Below are positions 6,818 to 15,610 of a stretch of 61,090 bases of DNA, one piece after another. The notes under the pieces were generated by a model. That model did not search any database. It saw only the letters and a list, made by a program, of their open reading frames with translations, and was not told where the DNA came from. The stretch is from the NCBI GenBank assembly GCA_020847755.1, contig JADLBK010000175.1:1-61090 (forward strand), written 5' to 3'. A program made the position numbers and the translations under genes. This DNA comes from Flavobacteriales bacterium. GTDB lineage: Bacteria > Bacteroidota > Bacteroidia > Flavobacteriales_F > PHOS-HE28. Position 1 is the stretch's first letter; every line of letters starts with the position of its first letter.

Positions 6818-7168
6818 ATGATCACCGCCCTCATTCCCAAGCTCCCCTCGCGCGAGCTGCAGGCCACCCGGGCATACTACGTGGATCAGCTTGGTTTCAC
6901 GGTCCGTGGACACTACCCGGACCACCTGATCGTGGAGCGCGACGGCCTCGAGTTGCACTTCTTCCGCCATGCCGAGCTCGACCCGCTCACCAACGACGGT
7001 CAGGTGTACCTCCGTGTCGAGGACGTTGACGCGTTGTACCGCTCGCTGGTGGACCGCGGCATGGCCATCCACCCCAACGGAGCGCTAGGCACCAAGCCCT
7101 GGGGCCAGCGCGAGTTCGCTCTGTTGGACCCCGATCACAACCTGTTGACCTTCGGCCAGGCCGCATGA
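6818..7168 (+). CDS. VOC-family protein (glyoxalase/bleomycin-resistance fold)
   Basis: The 116-aa product is MITALIPKLPSRELQATRAYYVDQLGFTV....GLELHFF....YLRVEDVDALY......KPWGQREFALLDPDHNLLTFGQ. Confidence 0.8.
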   Translation: MITALIPKLPSRELQATRAYYVDQLGFTVRGHYPDHLIVERDGLELHFFRHAELDPLTNDGQVYLRVEDVDALYRSLVDRGMAIHPNGALGTKPWGQREFALLDPDHNLLTFGQAA

Positions 7169-7369
7169 ACGGGTACGGCAGGACACGCTCGACCCTGTTG
7201 ACCGGCGGCCTGCGCTTCGCCACCGTGCAGGACCTGCTCGACCTCCTTCCCCGCGGTGAACACGCATGGACCGGGGATCGGCGTGAACCGCTGATCGCCG
7301 ATGGCGGCGGCCGCCCCTGATCGTTCACATCCGGGCCCCATCCCCGATGGTAGGGAAACACCCTGGCGC

Positions 7370-8545
7370 ATGAACCGCTCCACCACCCTGCTGATCGGCT
7401 GCACGACCCTCTTCTTCGCCTGCGGTGAAGGAACCGGAACGGGCCAGGACCCTGAAGGGTCGGGCTCGGGCATGAGCGAGCTCGAAGCGCGTGTGGCCGC
7501 GCTCACCGGGAACCCGATGGCGGACGAGCGATCCGCCGGGTACGATCCGGAGGACCCGGCCGGCGGCCCGAGCGGTGGCGCCTCCGGAGGAACGCGCACC
7601 TACACGCTGAACGGCACGGCCTTCAACATGCCGCTCGCCCAGCTCGAGCTGCCGGCGCACTGGCAGGTGCGGGGCATGGAGACCGGGAACTGGACCGTGA
7701 CCGCTCCGGTGAAGGTGCAACAGGGGTCGCCGATGAACTTCAGCTACGCCGGCGGGCAACTGGGGCGCTTCAACCAGGCCAACAACGTGCCGATGCGCGC
7801 GCCGATCGCGCCCGAGCAGGTGGTGATGCAGGACCTGGTGCCGTACTTCCGCCAGCAGGGGTATGAACTGGTCGGCCACCGCTCCCTGCCGGAGGTGGCA
7901 CGGGTGAACCAGCGCTTCATGGACAACCTGTACTCCGTGGGGCAGGCGCAGCGCATCTGCCAGGCCGACCTGAGCGAGTGGCGCCGCGGCGATGACCGCC
8001 TGGCGGTGGTGATGAGCTGGTTCAGCATCGCCGGCAACGACCTGGTGAACTGGGGCTACAACACCACGGCGCTGCAAGCCCCGTCCGGCCGGTACGAGGC
8101 GGAGCGGGACGGCCAGCAGAACGGCTTCGCCAGTGTGCGCTACAACCCCGCCTACTTCGCGGCCTACGCGCAGAGCGAACAGCAGAAGGAGCAGCAGAGC
8201 TGGTCCGCACACAACGCCCGCATGCGCAGCAGGCAGGCCGCCTTCGATGCGCAGCAGGCCGCGCACCGCGACCGCGTGAACTCCGTGAACGACGCCATCA
8301 TGGGCACCTGGAACAACACCAGCTCCACCATGGACCGCATGCACGAGGCCACCATCGACGGCATCCGGGGCGAGCAGAACGCGTGGAACCCCAACACCGG
8401 TGCGATGGGCAAGGTGGAGTCCGGCTACCAGAATTACTGGGTGAACAGCGACGGGCAATACTTCGGCACCAACGACGTCAACTACGACCCCAACGCGAAC
8501 GGGCAGTGGGTGGGTCAGTGGCAGCAGATGTCCACCGAGCCCTGA
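7370..8545 (+). CDS. hypothetical lipoprotein
   Basis: MNRSTTLLIGCTTLFFACGEG is a lipobox-like signal. The composition is protein-like and the C-terminal half is rich in Q/N. The antisense ORF 7325-8554 is judged an artefact. Confidence 0.7.
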   Translation: MNRSTTLLIGCTTLFFACGEGTGTGQDPEGSGSGMSELEARVAALTGNPMADERSAGYDPEDPAGGPSGGASGGTRTYTLNGTAFNMPLAQLELPAHWQVRGMETGNWTVTAPVKVQQGSPMNFSYAGGQLGRFNQANNVPMRAPIAPEQVVMQDLVPYFRQQGYELVGHRSLPEVARVNQRFMDNLYSVGQAQRICQADLSEWRRGDDRLAVVMSWFSIAGNDLVNWGYNTTALQAPSGRYEAERDGQQNGFASVRYNPAYFAAYAQSEQQKEQQSWSAHNARMRSRQAAFDAQQAAHRDRVNSVNDAIMGTWNNTSSTMDRMHEATIDGIRGEQNAWNPNTGAMGKVESGYQNYWVNSDGQYFGTNDVNYDPNANGQWVGQWQQMSTEP

Positions 8546-8617
8546 GCGTGGCACGGGTCACCTGCGGGACCGCTGCGGGCGTTCCGGCGAAGTGCAGGCG
8601 CTGCCGACCTTCGCCGC

Positions 8618-9310
8618 ATGCCCGACGCACGATCGACCGTCATCGCGAAGTCCACGCTCGGCTTCCTGGCAGACCTGGACGCACACAACGAGAAGAGCTG
8701 GTTCGAGGCGAACAAGGGGCGCCATGTGGCGGCGCACGCCAACATGGTGGCCTTCGCCGACGCGCTGCTGGACCGCATGCGGGCCCATGACAAGCTGAGC
8801 ACACCGAGCGGTGCCAAGAGCCTCATGCGCATCCACACGGACCAGCGCTTCCACAAGGGTCGCCCGCCCTATGCGCCGCGCTTCGGTGGCCGGTTGGTGC
8901 GCGTGAAGCCGGCGCTGCGCGGCGGCTATTTCTTCCGGATCCAGCCGGGCGGCCGGTCGCACGTCACCTGCGGCTTCATGGGCCCGGAGCCGGATGACCT
9001 GCGGCTGATCCGGCAGGACATCGCCCATGACCACGGGACCTGGCGGAAGATCCTCCGCGGCAAGGCCCTGCGCACCCTGTTGGGCGAGCTGTTCGGCGAG
9101 GAGCTGGCCACCGTGCCGCGCGGCTTCCCGAAGGACCATCCGGCGGCCGACCTGTTGCGCAGGAAGCAGTTCCTCCTGCGGCGCCCCTTCAGCGATGCCG
9201 AGGTCCTCGCACCGGGCTTCCTGGACGAGGTGGTGAAGACCTTCCGGGCGGTGCGGCCCTGGTTCGACCACATGACCGAGGTGCTCACCACCGACGCGAA
9301 CGGCGCCTGA
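8618..9310 (+). CDS. DUF2461 (TIGR02453) family protein
   Basis: ..TLGFLADLDAHNEKSWFEANKGRH............MRIHTDQRFHKGRPPYAPRFGG...GYFFRIQPGG is the typical DUF2461 signature. Confidence 0.8.
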   Translation: MPDARSTVIAKSTLGFLADLDAHNEKSWFEANKGRHVAAHANMVAFADALLDRMRAHDKLSTPSGAKSLMRIHTDQRFHKGRPPYAPRFGGRLVRVKPALRGGYFFRIQPGGRSHVTCGFMGPEPDDLRLIRQDIAHDHGTWRKILRGKALRTLLGELFGEELATVPRGFPKDHPAADLLRRKQFLLRRPFSDAEVLAPGFLDEVVKTFRAVRPWFDHMTEVLTTDANGA

Positions 9311-9327
9311 ACCCGAACGACCCGCCC

Positions 9328-9813
9328 ATGGACCCACGCGCCGAAGCCTTGATCCGCGAGCTCGACCTGCGCCCACACCCGGAGGGCGGCCACTACCGCG
9401 AACTCCATCGGTCCACGTTGCCGGTGGATCCGATGGATGGCCGGGGCGTGCGCGCCGCGCTCACCACCATCTACTTTCTGCTGCCGGCCACCGAGATCAG
9501 CCGCTGGCACCGGGTGTCGAGCGACGAGGTGTGGCACCATCTGGAAGGGGCACCGCTGGACCTGCTGGTGAGCGACCCGGAGTTCGATCACGTGGAGCGC
9601 TACGGGCTCGGCCCCTTGCGCGACGGTCTGCGTCCGGAAGTGGTGGTGCCGCCGATGCACTGGCAGGCGGCCCGCAGCACCGGGGCCTTCACGCTGGTGG
9701 CCTGCGTGGTGGGCCCGGGCTTCGACTTCGCGGACTTCGAGATGCTGCGCGATCGGCAGGAGCTCGCCCAGCAGCTTCGACAACGTCAACCGGGGTTCGT
9801 CGACCTGCTCTGA
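9328..9813 (+). CDS. cupin-fold protein, DUF985 family
   Basis: ..LDLRPHPEGGHYRE...........TTIYFLL......WHRVSSDEVWHHLEG.PLDL.....VVPPMHWQAA...GAFTLVACVVGPGFDFADFEM. Confidence 0.8.
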   Translation: MDPRAEALIRELDLRPHPEGGHYRELHRSTLPVDPMDGRGVRAALTTIYFLLPATEISRWHRVSSDEVWHHLEGAPLDLLVSDPEFDHVERYGLGPLRDGLRPEVVVPPMHWQAARSTGAFTLVACVVGPGFDFADFEMLRDRQELAQQLRQRQPGFVDLL

Positions 9814-9821
9814 ACGGCCGT

Positions 9822-10172
9822 TCAGGCCTTGCGCACGTAGATGCTCTTGAGGCCCATGGCCCCGAAGCCGTCGATCTTGCAATCGATGTCGTGCCCGGCG
9901 TTGCCGCCACCGTCCACCAACCGGATGCCCTTCACCTTGGTGCCCGCCTTCACAGGCTTGGGCATGCCCTTCACCGGCAGGTCCTTGATCACGACCACGT
10001 CATCGCCATCCTGAAGCACGGTGCCGTTCGCGTCCTTGATCACCGGCCCGGCGTTGGCCGCAGCCACCTCCTCGGGGTTCCACTCATGGCCGCACTCGCC
10101 GCACATCCAGGAGGTGCCGGTGGGGTACGTGATGGCGGAGCGGCACTCGGGACAGGGATGGTTCTCGGGCAT
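9822..10172 (-). CDS. yjdM: zinc-ribbon protein YjdM/PhnA family
   Basis: CPECRSAITY......CGECGHEW is an N-terminal zinc ribbon. The C-terminus is ..VIKDANGTVLQDGDDVVVIKDLPVKG....VKAGTKVKGIRL......HDIDCKIDGFGAMGLKSIYVRK. Confidence 0.9.
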   Translation of the reverse strand: MPENHPCPECRSAITYPTGTSWMCGECGHEWNPEEVAAANAGPVIKDANGTVLQDGDDVVVIKDLPVKGMPKPVKAGTKVKGIRLVDGGGNAGHDIDCKIDGFGAMGLKSIYVRKA

Positions 10173-10242
10173 GATGGCGCGAAGGTACCCCTCCGCCCCG
10201 GTCGCCGCCGGACGACCGCGTCCGCCCCGTGGCGCCGCGCGC

Positions 10243-10404
10243 TCACCGCTTGGCCAGGAGGTCGCGCATCAGGTAACCCAGCACCGCCACCAGGAACACG
10301 ATGTTCACGGCCCGGGCGAACGGTGGTGCGCCTTCAGGCCAGAGCTGACCCAGCAGCACGACCGCGTTGAGCACCACCAGGACAACGAGCAGGGTCCTTC
10401 GCAT
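10243..10404 (-). CDS. possible small two-helix membrane protein (53 aa)
   Basis: MRRTLLVVLVVLNAVVLLGQLWPEGAPPFARAVNIVFLVAVLGYLMRDLLAKR. Only the 3' end of the long ORF 10243-11031 looks protein-like. Confidence 0.35.
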   Translation of the reverse strand: MRRTLLVVLVVLNAVVLLGQLWPEGAPPFARAVNIVFLVAVLGYLMRDLLAKR

Positions 10405-10474
10405 GGCCCGAAGATGGTCGATCTCGTCGAGACCGAAAGCCCGTGCGGCGATCGAGCGGGATGGTGCGGTCCGG

Positions 10475-10645
10475 ATGATCGGGGCGTGCACATGCGATCG
10501 ACCTGCGTTCAGGCGTTCCAGCATCGTGGGTCGCGCGCTCGTCTTCCTGTTGATCGTGCTCCTGGCCACATCATGCGCCAGTGGACGCTCGGTGCGCAAG
10601 TGCGACGGCCATCGCGGCACGCGGGTCCCCATGGGAACGCTGTAG
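10475..10645 (+). CDS. possible small lipoprotein (start uncertain: ATG 10475 or GTG 10526)
   Basis: ..RRSSIVGRALVFLLIVLLATSCASGRSVRKCDGHRGTRVPMGTL* has a basic n-region, a hydrophobic core and a Cys after ATS. Confidence 0.3.
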   Translation: MIGACTCDRPAFRRSSIVGRALVFLLIVLLATSCASGRSVRKCDGHRGTRVPMGTL

Positions 10646-10681
10646 GGATGGTCCGTTGGAGGCAAATCCGACCTTCGCCCG

Positions 10682-11191
10682 ATGGACCGTCCCCACCTCT
10701 TTGCCCAGCTCGAGCAGCATGCGGCGGTGATCCGTGCGTTGCTCACCGACCTCGGTACCGACGAAGCCACCTGGAGACCCGCGGCCGATAAGTGGTGCGC
10801 GCTGGAAGTGGCATGCCATCTGCTCGACGAGGAGCGCGAAGACTTCCGTGCACGGCTGCGGAGCACATTGGAGGACCCCGGCAGGGCCTGGCCGAAGATC
10901 GATCCGCCGGCGTGGGTGGCCGAACGCCGGTACATGGAGCAGGACCTTCCCGCCGTGCTGGACGCCTTGCTCACCGAGCGCGCCGCGTCGCTCACCTGGC
11001 TGCGGGCCCAGGCACAGGCGCCCTGGAACAACGCCTACATGCATCCGAAGGTGGGCCCGGTGAGCTGCGAACTGCTGCTCACCAACTGGGTGGCGCATGA
11101 CCTGCACCACATCCGGCAGTTGATCCACCTGCGGTACGCCCGCCTGAAGGCGAACACGACCGTGCCGCTGGATTACGCGGGAACGTGGTAG
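10682..11191 (+). CDS. DinB-family protein
   Basis: ..WRPAADKWCALEVACHLLDEERE... and ..LLLTNWVAHDLHHIRQLIHLRY show the His-containing four-helix DinB pattern. Confidence 0.8.
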   Translation: MDRPHLFAQLEQHAAVIRALLTDLGTDEATWRPAADKWCALEVACHLLDEEREDFRARLRSTLEDPGRAWPKIDPPAWVAERRYMEQDLPAVLDALLTERAASLTWLRAQAQAPWNNAYMHPKVGPVSCELLLTNWVAHDLHHIRQLIHLRYARLKANTTVPLDYAGTW

Positions 11192-11215
11192 GTTCGGATC
11201 ACCAAACGCCCCCCC

Positions 11216-11617
11216 ATGTCTCCCCTCCTCCGGAACATCCTGGCCGTGGTGGCCGGCACCGGCGCCTGCCTGCTGTTCAATGGGCTCCTTCTGGACCTGC
11301 TGATGCGCGTGATCCCCCCACCCACCGGCTTCGATCCGAACACACCGTCCACCTACACCCTTCTGGAGACGCGGCACTTCATCGCCCCCTTCCTCGCGCA
11401 TGCCGTGCCTTCGCTGGTCGGCGGGTGGCTGGCGGCGCGGCTGGCCGCCACGCGCCCGATGACCTTCGCCCTGGTGGTGGGGGCACTGCATCTGCTCGGC
11501 GGCATCGCGGCGGCCTTCATGATCCCCGCACCCACGTGGTTCATCGCGCTGGACCTGCTGGTCGCCTACCTGCCGATGGCGTGGCTGGGCGGGCGGCTGG
11601 CCGGTGTGGGACGCTGA
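11216..11617 (+). CDS. hypothetical integral membrane protein (4 predicted TM segments)
   Basis: The translation is hydrophobic with regularly spaced helices (ILAVVAGTGACLLFNGLLL.., FIAPFLAHAVPSLVGGWLAA.., FALVVGALHLLGGIAAAF.., FIALDLLVAYLPMAWLGG). Confidence 0.6.
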   Translation: MSPLLRNILAVVAGTGACLLFNGLLLDLLMRVIPPPTGFDPNTPSTYTLLETRHFIAPFLAHAVPSLVGGWLAARLAATRPMTFALVVGALHLLGGIAAAFMIPAPTWFIALDLLVAYLPMAWLGGRLAGVGR

Positions 11618-11701
11618 TCCGACCCGCGGCGATCGTCGGAGCGTGCGTCCTGTGTCGCATCTTCGCGCCACAACGGCCACACGGTCGTTCCTCCCTCAGC
11701 G

Positions 11702-12082
11702 ATGAAACGATCGATCCACCTCGACGAGAAGCTGGAAGGTTCCAGCCCCTTCACGGCCGCCGTGGAGGCCAACGGCTTTGTCTTCATCAGCGGCCAGATC
11801 GCCTCGGTGAAAGGCACCCGCACCGTCATCACCGACAACATCACCAAGGAAGTCGAACAGGTGATGGCGAACATCGGCGCGATCCTGGAGGCGGCCGGAC
11901 TCACGTACGACGACCTGGTGAAGTGCACCATCTACCTCACCAACCTGCAGTACTACACGGCGGTGAGCGCGGTGTATCAGGCCTGCTTCAAAGGTGACCC
12001 GCCCGCCCGCGAGACCGTGGGCGTGAAGGAGCTGCCCCGCGGCGCCAACGTGGAGATCAGCGGCATCGCTGTGAAGCGCTGA
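11702..12082 (+). CDS. ridA: RidA/YjgF/TdcF-family reactive intermediate deaminase
   Basis: ..SPFTAAVEANGFVFISGQI.............EVEQVMANIGAILEAAGLTYDDLVKCTIYL.......AVYQACF....PARETVGVKELPRGANVEISGIA. Confidence 0.9.
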   Translation: MKRSIHLDEKLEGSSPFTAAVEANGFVFISGQIASVKGTRTVITDNITKEVEQVMANIGAILEAAGLTYDDLVKCTIYLTNLQYYTAVSAVYQACFKGDPPARETVGVKELPRGANVEISGIAVKR

Positions 12083-12147
12083 ACAGCTGCAGCACCGCCC
12101 ATGGCTTCGCGCCACGGGGCGGTGTTCCGTACCGCACTGCGCGCGTC

Positions 12148-12780
12148 ATGGACCCCGGTGAACAGGCCGCCCGGATCTTCGACCGGTACGCCGCACGGTA
12201 TGCCGCCGAATACGCGGATGTCGGCCGCTACATCCCATCGCTCCAGGCCTTCCTGGACCTGCTGCCGACCGGAGCGGACGTGCTCGAACTGGCCTGTGGC
12301 CCCGGCAACGTCACCCGTCATCTGCTGCACCAGCGCCCCGACCTGCGGGTGTTGGGCACCGACCTGGCCCCGGCCATGCTGGCCATCGCCCGCGAACAGC
12401 TCCCCATGGCCACCTTCGAGCGGCTGGACCAACGCGCAGTGAAGACCCTTGGCCGGCGGTTCCACGGCATCGTATGCGCCTTCGGCCTGCCCTACCTGAG
12501 CGCGGTGGAGGCCGCGGCCTTGATCGCGGATGCCTCCGCCATGCTGCATCCCGGCGGTGCCCTCTACCTGAGCACCATGGAGGAGGACCCCGCCCGCAGC
12601 GCATGGGAAGGTCCGTCGGAGGAGGAGCGCATCCTGATGCACTACCACGCCGGGGCGGCGCTGAGGAACGCGTTCCGGAAGGCCGGTCTGAACCTTCGGC
12701 ACGAGAGCCGCAGCCGCTACGTGGATGCCCATGGCAAGGCCGTCACCGACCTCATGCTGGTGGCGCAGCGCGCTATGTGA
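12148..12780 (+). CDS. class I SAM-dependent methyltransferase
   Basis: Motif I is VLELACGPGNVT, followed by ..GTDLAPAML.. and ..LHPGGALYLS. Confidence 0.8.
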   Translation: MDPGEQAARIFDRYAARYAAEYADVGRYIPSLQAFLDLLPTGADVLELACGPGNVTRHLLHQRPDLRVLGTDLAPAMLAIAREQLPMATFERLDQRAVKTLGRRFHGIVCAFGLPYLSAVEAAALIADASAMLHPGGALYLSTMEEDPARSAWEGPSEEERILMHYHAGAALRNAFRKAGLNLRHESRSRYVDAHGKAVTDLMLVAQRAM

Positions 12781-12801
12781 GCGATCCCATCTTTGCGCCC
12801 C

Positions 12802-13845
12802 ATGGAGTTCGGCATCTACACCTTCGTCGACCACACGCCCGATCCCGTCACCGGCGAGCGCATCACCGCACAGCAGCGCCATGCCCAGCTGCTGGAGGAG
12901 GCTGAGCTGGCCGACCGCCTGGGGCTGGACGTGTTCGCCATCGGCGAGCACCACCGCGAGGACTTCATCGCCAGTGCGCCCGCCGTGCTGCTGGCCGCCA
13001 TCGCCGCGCGCACCACCCGCATCCGGCTGGGGAGCGCCGTCACCGTGCTCAGCAGCGAGGACCCGGTCCGCGTGTACCAGCAGTACGCTACGCTTGACCT
13101 GCTCAGCGGCGGGCGGGCGGAGATCATGGCCGGCCGCGGGTCCTTCACCGAGTCGTTCCCCTTGTTCGGGTACGACCTGAAGGACTACGACACGCTCTTC
13201 AGCGAGAAGCTGGCCATGCTGCTGGAGATCCGCAAGGGCGAACGCCTCACCTGGAACGGACGGCACACCCCGACCATCGAAGGCCGTGGCGTATACCCGC
13301 GTGCCGTGCAGGAGCCGCTGCCCGTGTGGGTGGCCGTGGGCGGCACGCCGGAGAGCGCCGTGCGAGCGGCCGCGTTGGGGCTGCCCATGACGCTGGCCAT
13401 CATCGGTGGCGACCCGGCGCGCTTCAAGCCCTTCACCGACCTGTACCGCAAGGCCTGGCAGCAGGCGGGCCATCCGCTGGACCGCTTCCAATTGGGCATC
13501 GGTTCGCACGGCTTCATCGCGGACAGCTTCGAGGAGGCCGCCGAGCTCACCTGGCCGCGCTACGCCATGCAGATGGGCCGCATCGGCAGGGAGCGCGGCT
13601 GGGGCCCGGTGGGCCGGCCTCAGTTCGACTTCGAGGTGTCGCCACACGGGGCCATGCTGCTGGGCGATCCGGAGACCGTGGCGCGGAAGATCGTCCGCGA
13701 GCACGGGCTGTTCGGCTTCACACGCTTCTGCCTTCAGTTCAGCGTGGGCAGCATGCCGCACGACAAGCTGCTGCGTTGCATCGAGCTGTACGCCACCGAG
13801 GTGGTGCCGCGGGTGAAGGCCGCCGTGGGGGCCCGACGCCGTTGA
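12802..13845 (+). CDS. LLM-class (luciferase-like) flavin-dependent oxidoreductase
   Basis: MEFGIYTF....LGLDVFAIGEHH.........RIRLGSAVTVLSSEDPVRVYQQYATLDLLSGGRAEIMAGRGSF. Confidence 0.85.
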   Translation: MEFGIYTFVDHTPDPVTGERITAQQRHAQLLEEAELADRLGLDVFAIGEHHREDFIASAPAVLLAAIAARTTRIRLGSAVTVLSSEDPVRVYQQYATLDLLSGGRAEIMAGRGSFTESFPLFGYDLKDYDTLFSEKLAMLLEIRKGERLTWNGRHTPTIEGRGVYPRAVQEPLPVWVAVGGTPESAVRAAALGLPMTLAIIGGDPARFKPFTDLYRKAWQQAGHPLDRFQLGIGSHGFIADSFEEAAELTWPRYAMQMGRIGRERGWGPVGRPQFDFEVSPHGAMLLGDPETVARKIVREHGLFGFTRFCLQFSVGSMPHDKLLRCIELYATEVVPRVKAAVGARRR

Positions 13846-13905
13846 ACACGCCGTTCGTTCACCATCCCGCGCCGCGTGCGCACCTTTAGGCCTCGGTCGT
13901 CGTCC

Positions 13906-15537
13906 ATGAACGCTCAACGCTCCGCGTCCCGATGGACCATGGTGGTCCTGGTGGTGCTCTCCGCCCTTGTCGGCGGCTACGCGCTGCGGCACACCCTGGC
14001 GCGCCAGGCGTTGACGGCAGTGGCTTCCCAGGCCGGTGGCGCGCGGTATCACGTGGACCTGGGAACGGTGGACCTCGATCCGTTCAGAGGGCGCATCCGG
14101 ATCGGCGACCTGCGCATCACCCCGCGGCCCACGGCCGTTGCGGACGGCTCACCGACCATCACGGTGCAGGCCCGCACGATCGAGCTGTCCAAGGTGGACC
14201 TCTTCGCCCTGCTGTGGGACAGGCATCTGATGGTGGGGCGCATGCTCATCGATGCGCCGGAGGTGACGCACGAGTACGGAACGCGGGCCGGGGAGCGCAT
14301 GGCACAGACCCGGGAAGCCGACACCTTGAAGCTGCCCATGGGCGTGGAGTTCCTGCATGTGGACACGCTGCGGATCCGCCATGCCCGGGGGAGTACGCGC
14401 GACCGGAACGGTGTGCACCCGCACGCATCGGTGGCGGGACTGGACATCCTGCTCACCGGGATCCTCATGGCGCAGGGAGCCGGGGACCGTCCGCTGATCC
14501 GCCTGGTCTCGGGCGATCTCGTGCTCCGCGAAGCGGATGCACGGATGGAGCCGTTCCACACGGCCCACATCGACTCGCTTCACATCCGGGTGCCGGAGAA
14601 CACGGCCCGGGTCCACGGGTTCCACTTCACCCCCCTGGTGGGCCCGGACCACTACCGAACGGCGAATGATGCGCCGATGGAGCTGTACGAGGCGCACGCG
14701 GACAGCATCCTGTTGGACGGATGCGACCTCACCGCCTGGCTGGAAGGCGGGGTGCTCCTCGCACAGGGCTTCACGGTGGCCCGCCTGCAGGTGGACATCC
14801 ATCGGGACAAGTCGGTGCCCTACACCGAAGAGCGACCACGAGCACCGCTGCCGGCCGAGCGGATCGGCGGATGGCGCGTGCCTGTGGCCCTGGCCCGGGT
14901 GAACATCACGGGGGGCCGCATCACGTATCACGAGCGGCTGGCACCGGGAGAGCCGTATGGATCGGTGACCCTCGCCGGGTTGGATGCGAAGGTGACCGGT
15001 CTGACGAACATGCGCCCGGACAGCAGCACCGAACTGCACCTGGCCGGTCGATTTCGGCTCTGGGACAAAGCCCCGGCGCGGGTGGACCTGTGGCAGTCGC
15101 ACTCGCCGCAGGGCTCACGGATCGAGGCCCGGGTCCACTTGAGCGGCCTGCAAGCGCGCGAGCTGAACCACATCACCGATGAGCTGGTGAAGGTGCGGGC
15201 CACCGAAGGACGGATCCATGCGGTGGATCTACATATGCTGGGCGACGACCGCTCGGCGCACAGCACGGTGCACATGCACTACGAGGACCTCAAGCTCAAG
15301 TTGGAACCGGCACGTCCGCATGCCGGTCTGCTCTCGCTGCTTGCTAACGCGGTCATCCGCAGCTCCAACGTGCCGGGCGATCGGCGCTACCGGGTCGGAC
15401 GGACGCTGGTGCACCGCAACCAGGAGACCTCCGTGTTCAACTACCTCTGGCTGAGCCTGCGCGAAGGCATGCTGGACATCCTGCTGCCCGGTCCGGTGCT
15501 CGATCAACTTCACACGCACAAGGTCCCGCCTCGCTGA
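13906..15537 (+). CDS. hypothetical membrane-anchored protein (single N-terminal TM; possibly DUF748/AsmA-like)
   Basis: MNAQRSASRWTMVVLVVLSALVGGYAL is an N-terminal anchor. It is followed by a long beta-rich region with repeated 'L.I..L.....' segments. The function is not recognised with certainty. Confidence 0.65.
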   Translation: MNAQRSASRWTMVVLVVLSALVGGYALRHTLARQALTAVASQAGGARYHVDLGTVDLDPFRGRIRIGDLRITPRPTAVADGSPTITVQARTIELSKVDLFALLWDRHLMVGRMLIDAPEVTHEYGTRAGERMAQTREADTLKLPMGVEFLHVDTLRIRHARGSTRDRNGVHPHASVAGLDILLTGILMAQGAGDRPLIRLVSGDLVLREADARMEPFHTAHIDSLHIRVPENTARVHGFHFTPLVGPDHYRTANDAPMELYEAHADSILLDGCDLTAWLEGGVLLAQGFTVARLQVDIHRDKSVPYTEERPRAPLPAERIGGWRVPVALARVNITGGRITYHERLAPGEPYGSVTLAGLDAKVTGLTNMRPDSSTELHLAGRFRLWDKAPARVDLWQSHSPQGSRIEARVHLSGLQARELNHITDELVKVRATEGRIHAVDLHMLGDDRSAHSTVHMHYEDLKLKLEPARPHAGLLSLLANAVIRSSNVPGDRRYRVGRTLVHRNQETSVFNYLWLSLREGMLDILLPGPVLDQLHTHKVPPR

Positions 15538-15610
15538 GATCCACCGTGCGCGGCCCCGCCACAGGATGACGCGCTGGTGGTCTCCTCGAACACGGGCACC
15601 GGTCCATCGC

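Noticed and set aside
7165-7320. 51-codon ORF overlapping the VOC gene stop (MNGYGRTRSTLLTGGLRFATVQDLLDLLPRGEHAWTGDRREPLIADGGGRP*)
   Set aside because: It has no recognisable family or signal. It is short, and in G+C-rich DNA an open frame of this length is expected by chance. It is left uncalled.
11977-14052. Very long ORFs on the opposite strand or in an alternative frame of confidently called genes (e.g. 11977-14052 -, 15566-17041 +, 17325-18878 -, 20755-22515 +, 23178-24635 +, 33677-35422 +, 42861-44954 +, 45562-47844 +, 49189-51729 +, 53008-54981 +)
   Set aside because: Their translations are dominated by Arg/Gly/Ala/Pro/His runs with no recognisable motifs. They are exactly antisense or frame-shifted to genes with clear family signatures. 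This is the typical stop-codon depletion of ~67% G+C DNA.
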